Source of the DNA: Eledone cirrhosa
Lineage: Eukaryota
Direction of reading: 5' to 3'
Assembly: GCA_964016885.1 (NCBI GenBank)
Contig: OZ024742.1
Span: 251,968,001 to 252,032,000 of the forward strand
Length of the DNA: 64,000 bases
Shown here one piece after another: positions 61,200 to 64,000 of the stretch. The notes below the pieces were generated by a model that saw only the letters and a program-made list of their open reading frames with translations, did not search any database and was not told where the DNA came from. The position numbers were made by a program, and so were the translations under genes. Position 1 is the first letter of the stretch; every line of letters begins with the position of its first letter.

Positions 61200-61526
61200 T
61201 CATTTTACCTCCGCTTTTTCCCTGCTTGCAAGGGTGGGACAGGAACTGATTCTGGCTTGATTTCTACAGCTGGATGCCCTTCCTAACACCAACCTCATTT
61301 ACAGTGAGTGCTGGGTGCTTTTTTGACGTGGCACCTCCACGACCACTTTACAGTGGAAAGATATGGACTCCAGTCCCTATCATCTCATTTCTACAGCTGA
61401 GTAAACTGGAACAATGTGAAATAAAGTGTCTTGCTCAAGGAAACAACACATCACCCGGTCTGAGGATTGAACTCACAACCTTTCGATTACAAGGCCAATG
61501 CTCTAACCACTAAGCCATGTGCCTCC
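61200..61526 (-). mobile_element. SINE family B, near-identical to 29318-29646 in opposite orientation
   Basis: The spurious ORFs 29331-29570(-) and 61274-61513(+) differ at only ~5 residues. Confidence 0.9.
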
Positions 61527-61947
61527 ATCATATATATATATATAATCAACACACACACATATCATCATCATCATCATTTATTTTCCATGTTAGCATGGGC
61601 CAGGTGACTGTGCCTTGCTCATACAAAACTGTTTCTGGCTAGGTTTCTATGGCTGGATGCCCTTCCTAACTCCTACATTTACAGTGTGTGCTGGGTGCTT
61701 TTTGCTGTGACACCAATACAAACACTTTACAGTGTGGGCTGGAAGCTTTTTTGTTGTGGTACCAACGCAACTTTACAATGTAAGGGTGATGTGAACAGAA
61801 GTGGGTGGGTGTTGGAGGCGTGGGAGGCGTATGGAAGGGAGTATAGTGGTTAAGAAGTGCCTACTAGATGTATGTTTGAGTCCATGTGCATGGGAAGGTA
61901 TGTCTTCTGTATTACTGCATATAGATAAATATATAAACACACACATA

Positions 61948-63335
61948 CTAGAAGGTGTCATACCAAAAGATTGGTGCAGTAGCATCATTATCAACTGCTA
62001 CAAAGGTAAAGGCGATGCACTAGATAGAGGAAACTATATAGGTATAAAGCTGATGCCCTCTTCCTTGTGAGGCAATTACAGGAAAAGTACCTAGCTAAAA
62101 GTAAGCCACTCTACTTGGCATTTGTCGACCTTGAGAAAGCCTTTGACAGAGTTCCACGTGCTGTAATCTGGTGGGCTCTTAGAAAACTAGGAGTAGATGA
62201 ATGGTTTGTGAAAGCGGTACAAGCCATGTATAGGGGAGCAGTCAGCAAAGTTAGGATTAGCAATGAGTATAGCGAGGAATTTAGCGTACAGGTTGGGGTC
62301 CACCAGGGCTCTGTTCTTAGCCCCCCTCCTGTTCATCATAGTCCTGCAGGCAATAATGGAGGAGTTTAAGACCGGATGCCCATGGGAACTCCTGTATGCT
62401 GATGACCTCGCACTCATAGCTGAATCTATGGTAGAACTAGAGAATAAATTCCAAACTTGGAAGCAGGGACTAGAAAGAAAGGGTCTCAAAGTCAACATGA
62501 CAAAGACTAAGGTCCTTGTAAGTAGACGAGAAAACAGAACCCAGATCCCCTCAGGGAAATGGCCTTGCTCAGTATGTAGGAAAGGTGTAGTTAGGAACTC
62601 CATTCTCTGCCCCAAATGCAAACAATGGGTACACAAGAGATGTAGCGGGATCTCAGGAAGCTTAATTAAGAATGTAGGCTTCACATGCAGCAAACAGCCA
62701 CAGGAAACAAGTACCACCAATCTCTGGGAGGGCTCTGTAGAAACAGTAGACAGCTTCTGCTACCTAGGTGACCGAATTAGCAGCGGAGGTGGGTGTTCAG
62801 TACAATAACTAGGGTAAGAACGGGATGGAAGAAGTTTAGGGAACTACTACCACTGCTAGCTGCAAAAGGCTTCTCCCTCAGATGAAAGGCAGACTGTATG
62901 ATGCGTGTATCCGAACAGCAATGTTGCATGGTAGTGAGACCTGGGCGCTGAAGGTGGAAGACTTACGTAGATTAGAGAGAAACGAAGCCTGCATGCTCCG
63001 ATGGATGTGTAACAGTAATATACGTGAACGACAAAGCATAAATGATTTGAGAGAGAGACTGAGCATAAGAGGAATCAAATGCTGTGTGCAGGAGAGGTGG
63101 TTGCGCTGGTATGGACATGTGATGCGTATGAAGGATGACAGCTGCATAAAAAGGTGCAGAGCACTAGAAGTTGATGGAAACCGCGGAGTGGGAGAGACCC
63201 AAGATGACCTGGGATGAGGTGATAAAAGCCGACCTTACCCAATTACACCTCTCAAAGGCAATGAAGGCAATGACACACGACCGTGACCTCTGGCGTCACG
63301 CGGTAATACAGAGTACCCGACCTCCCATGGGTACA
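61948..63335 (+). mobile_element. RTE-clade LINE 3' part (RT with PHD-like finger), same family as 42420-44110
   Basis: FVDLEKAFDRVP, GVHQGSVLSP, LLYADDL, WPCSVCRKG...CPKCKQWVHKRC, LRWYGHVMRM; carries an internal deletion near 62055. Confidence 0.92.
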
Positions 63336-64000
63336 AGCTGAAGCATATAGACAATATTCCCCCTCCACCGCAAGGTGGTCGTGGAGGTGCCACGGCAAAA
63401 AAGTACCCAGCCCACACTGTAAATGAGTTGGTGTTAGGAAGGGCATCCAGCTGTAGAAATCAAGCCAAATCAGTTCCTGTATGAGCAAGGCATGGTCAGC
63501 CGACCAGACACTGCCCACAACAGGACAACCCGTCTAACCCATGCTAGCGTGGAAGAACGGACGTAAAACGGTGATGATGATGATGATGATGATGACACAC
63601 ACACACACATACATATATATATCATCATCGTTTAACGTCCATCTTCCCCGCTTGCATGGGTTTGGACGGGAGTTTTCCCACTTGAGGCAAGAGTGGTTGT
63701 CTTGCTCGCATAGGACTGTCTGGCGGGTTTTCTACGGCTGGATGCCCTTCCTAACACCAACCACGTTTACAGTGTGGACTGGGAGGTTTTTACCATGTTA
63801 TATATATATATATATATATATATAAAATCAACATCATTTAACATCCATTTTCCCTGCTGGCAAGAACATATTATATATCTATCTTTATTTTATATAGAAA
63901 GGACTTCTACAAGACTAGAGCTGTTTCATTCATGGACTGTCCTGATGATTTCATATGAATGAATGAGATCCAGTTCTGTAGAAGCCATTTCTATACAAAA

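Overview
AT-rich, repeat-dense eukaryotic DNA. The SINE/LINE/MITE repertoire and microsatellites suggest an octopod cephalopod, which is an inference from repeat types. Most of the window is intron. On the minus strand I can splice the last three coding exons of an unidentified single-pass type I membrane protein (45394-45323 stalk, 32402-32321 transmembrane, 20716-20212 tyrosine-motif-rich cytoplasmic tail). There is also a possible alternative non-TM exon at 32772-32612. The standout element is an apparently intact ~5 kb CR1-group LINE (41015-36046) with a PHD/RRM-type ORF1 and an APE-RT ORF2. Its ORF2 has no usable AUG and is reachable through a correctly phased G_GGA_AAC slippery heptamer directly before the ORF1 stop, which makes it a candidate -1 programmed ribosomal frameshift giving an ORF1-ORF2 fusion. 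Other content: a GC-rich full-length but decayed RTE LINE with a 14-bp TSD; several copies of a second RTE family with a PHD-like zinc finger inside the RT region; Dong/R4 and Penelope fragments, the latter with a hammerhead-like motif; two tRNA-derived SINE families; piggyBac-, hAT- and pogo-like MITEs in a deeply nested stack; and a near-perfect ~360-bp-arm intronic inverted repeat. All calls are by eye, with no database searches.
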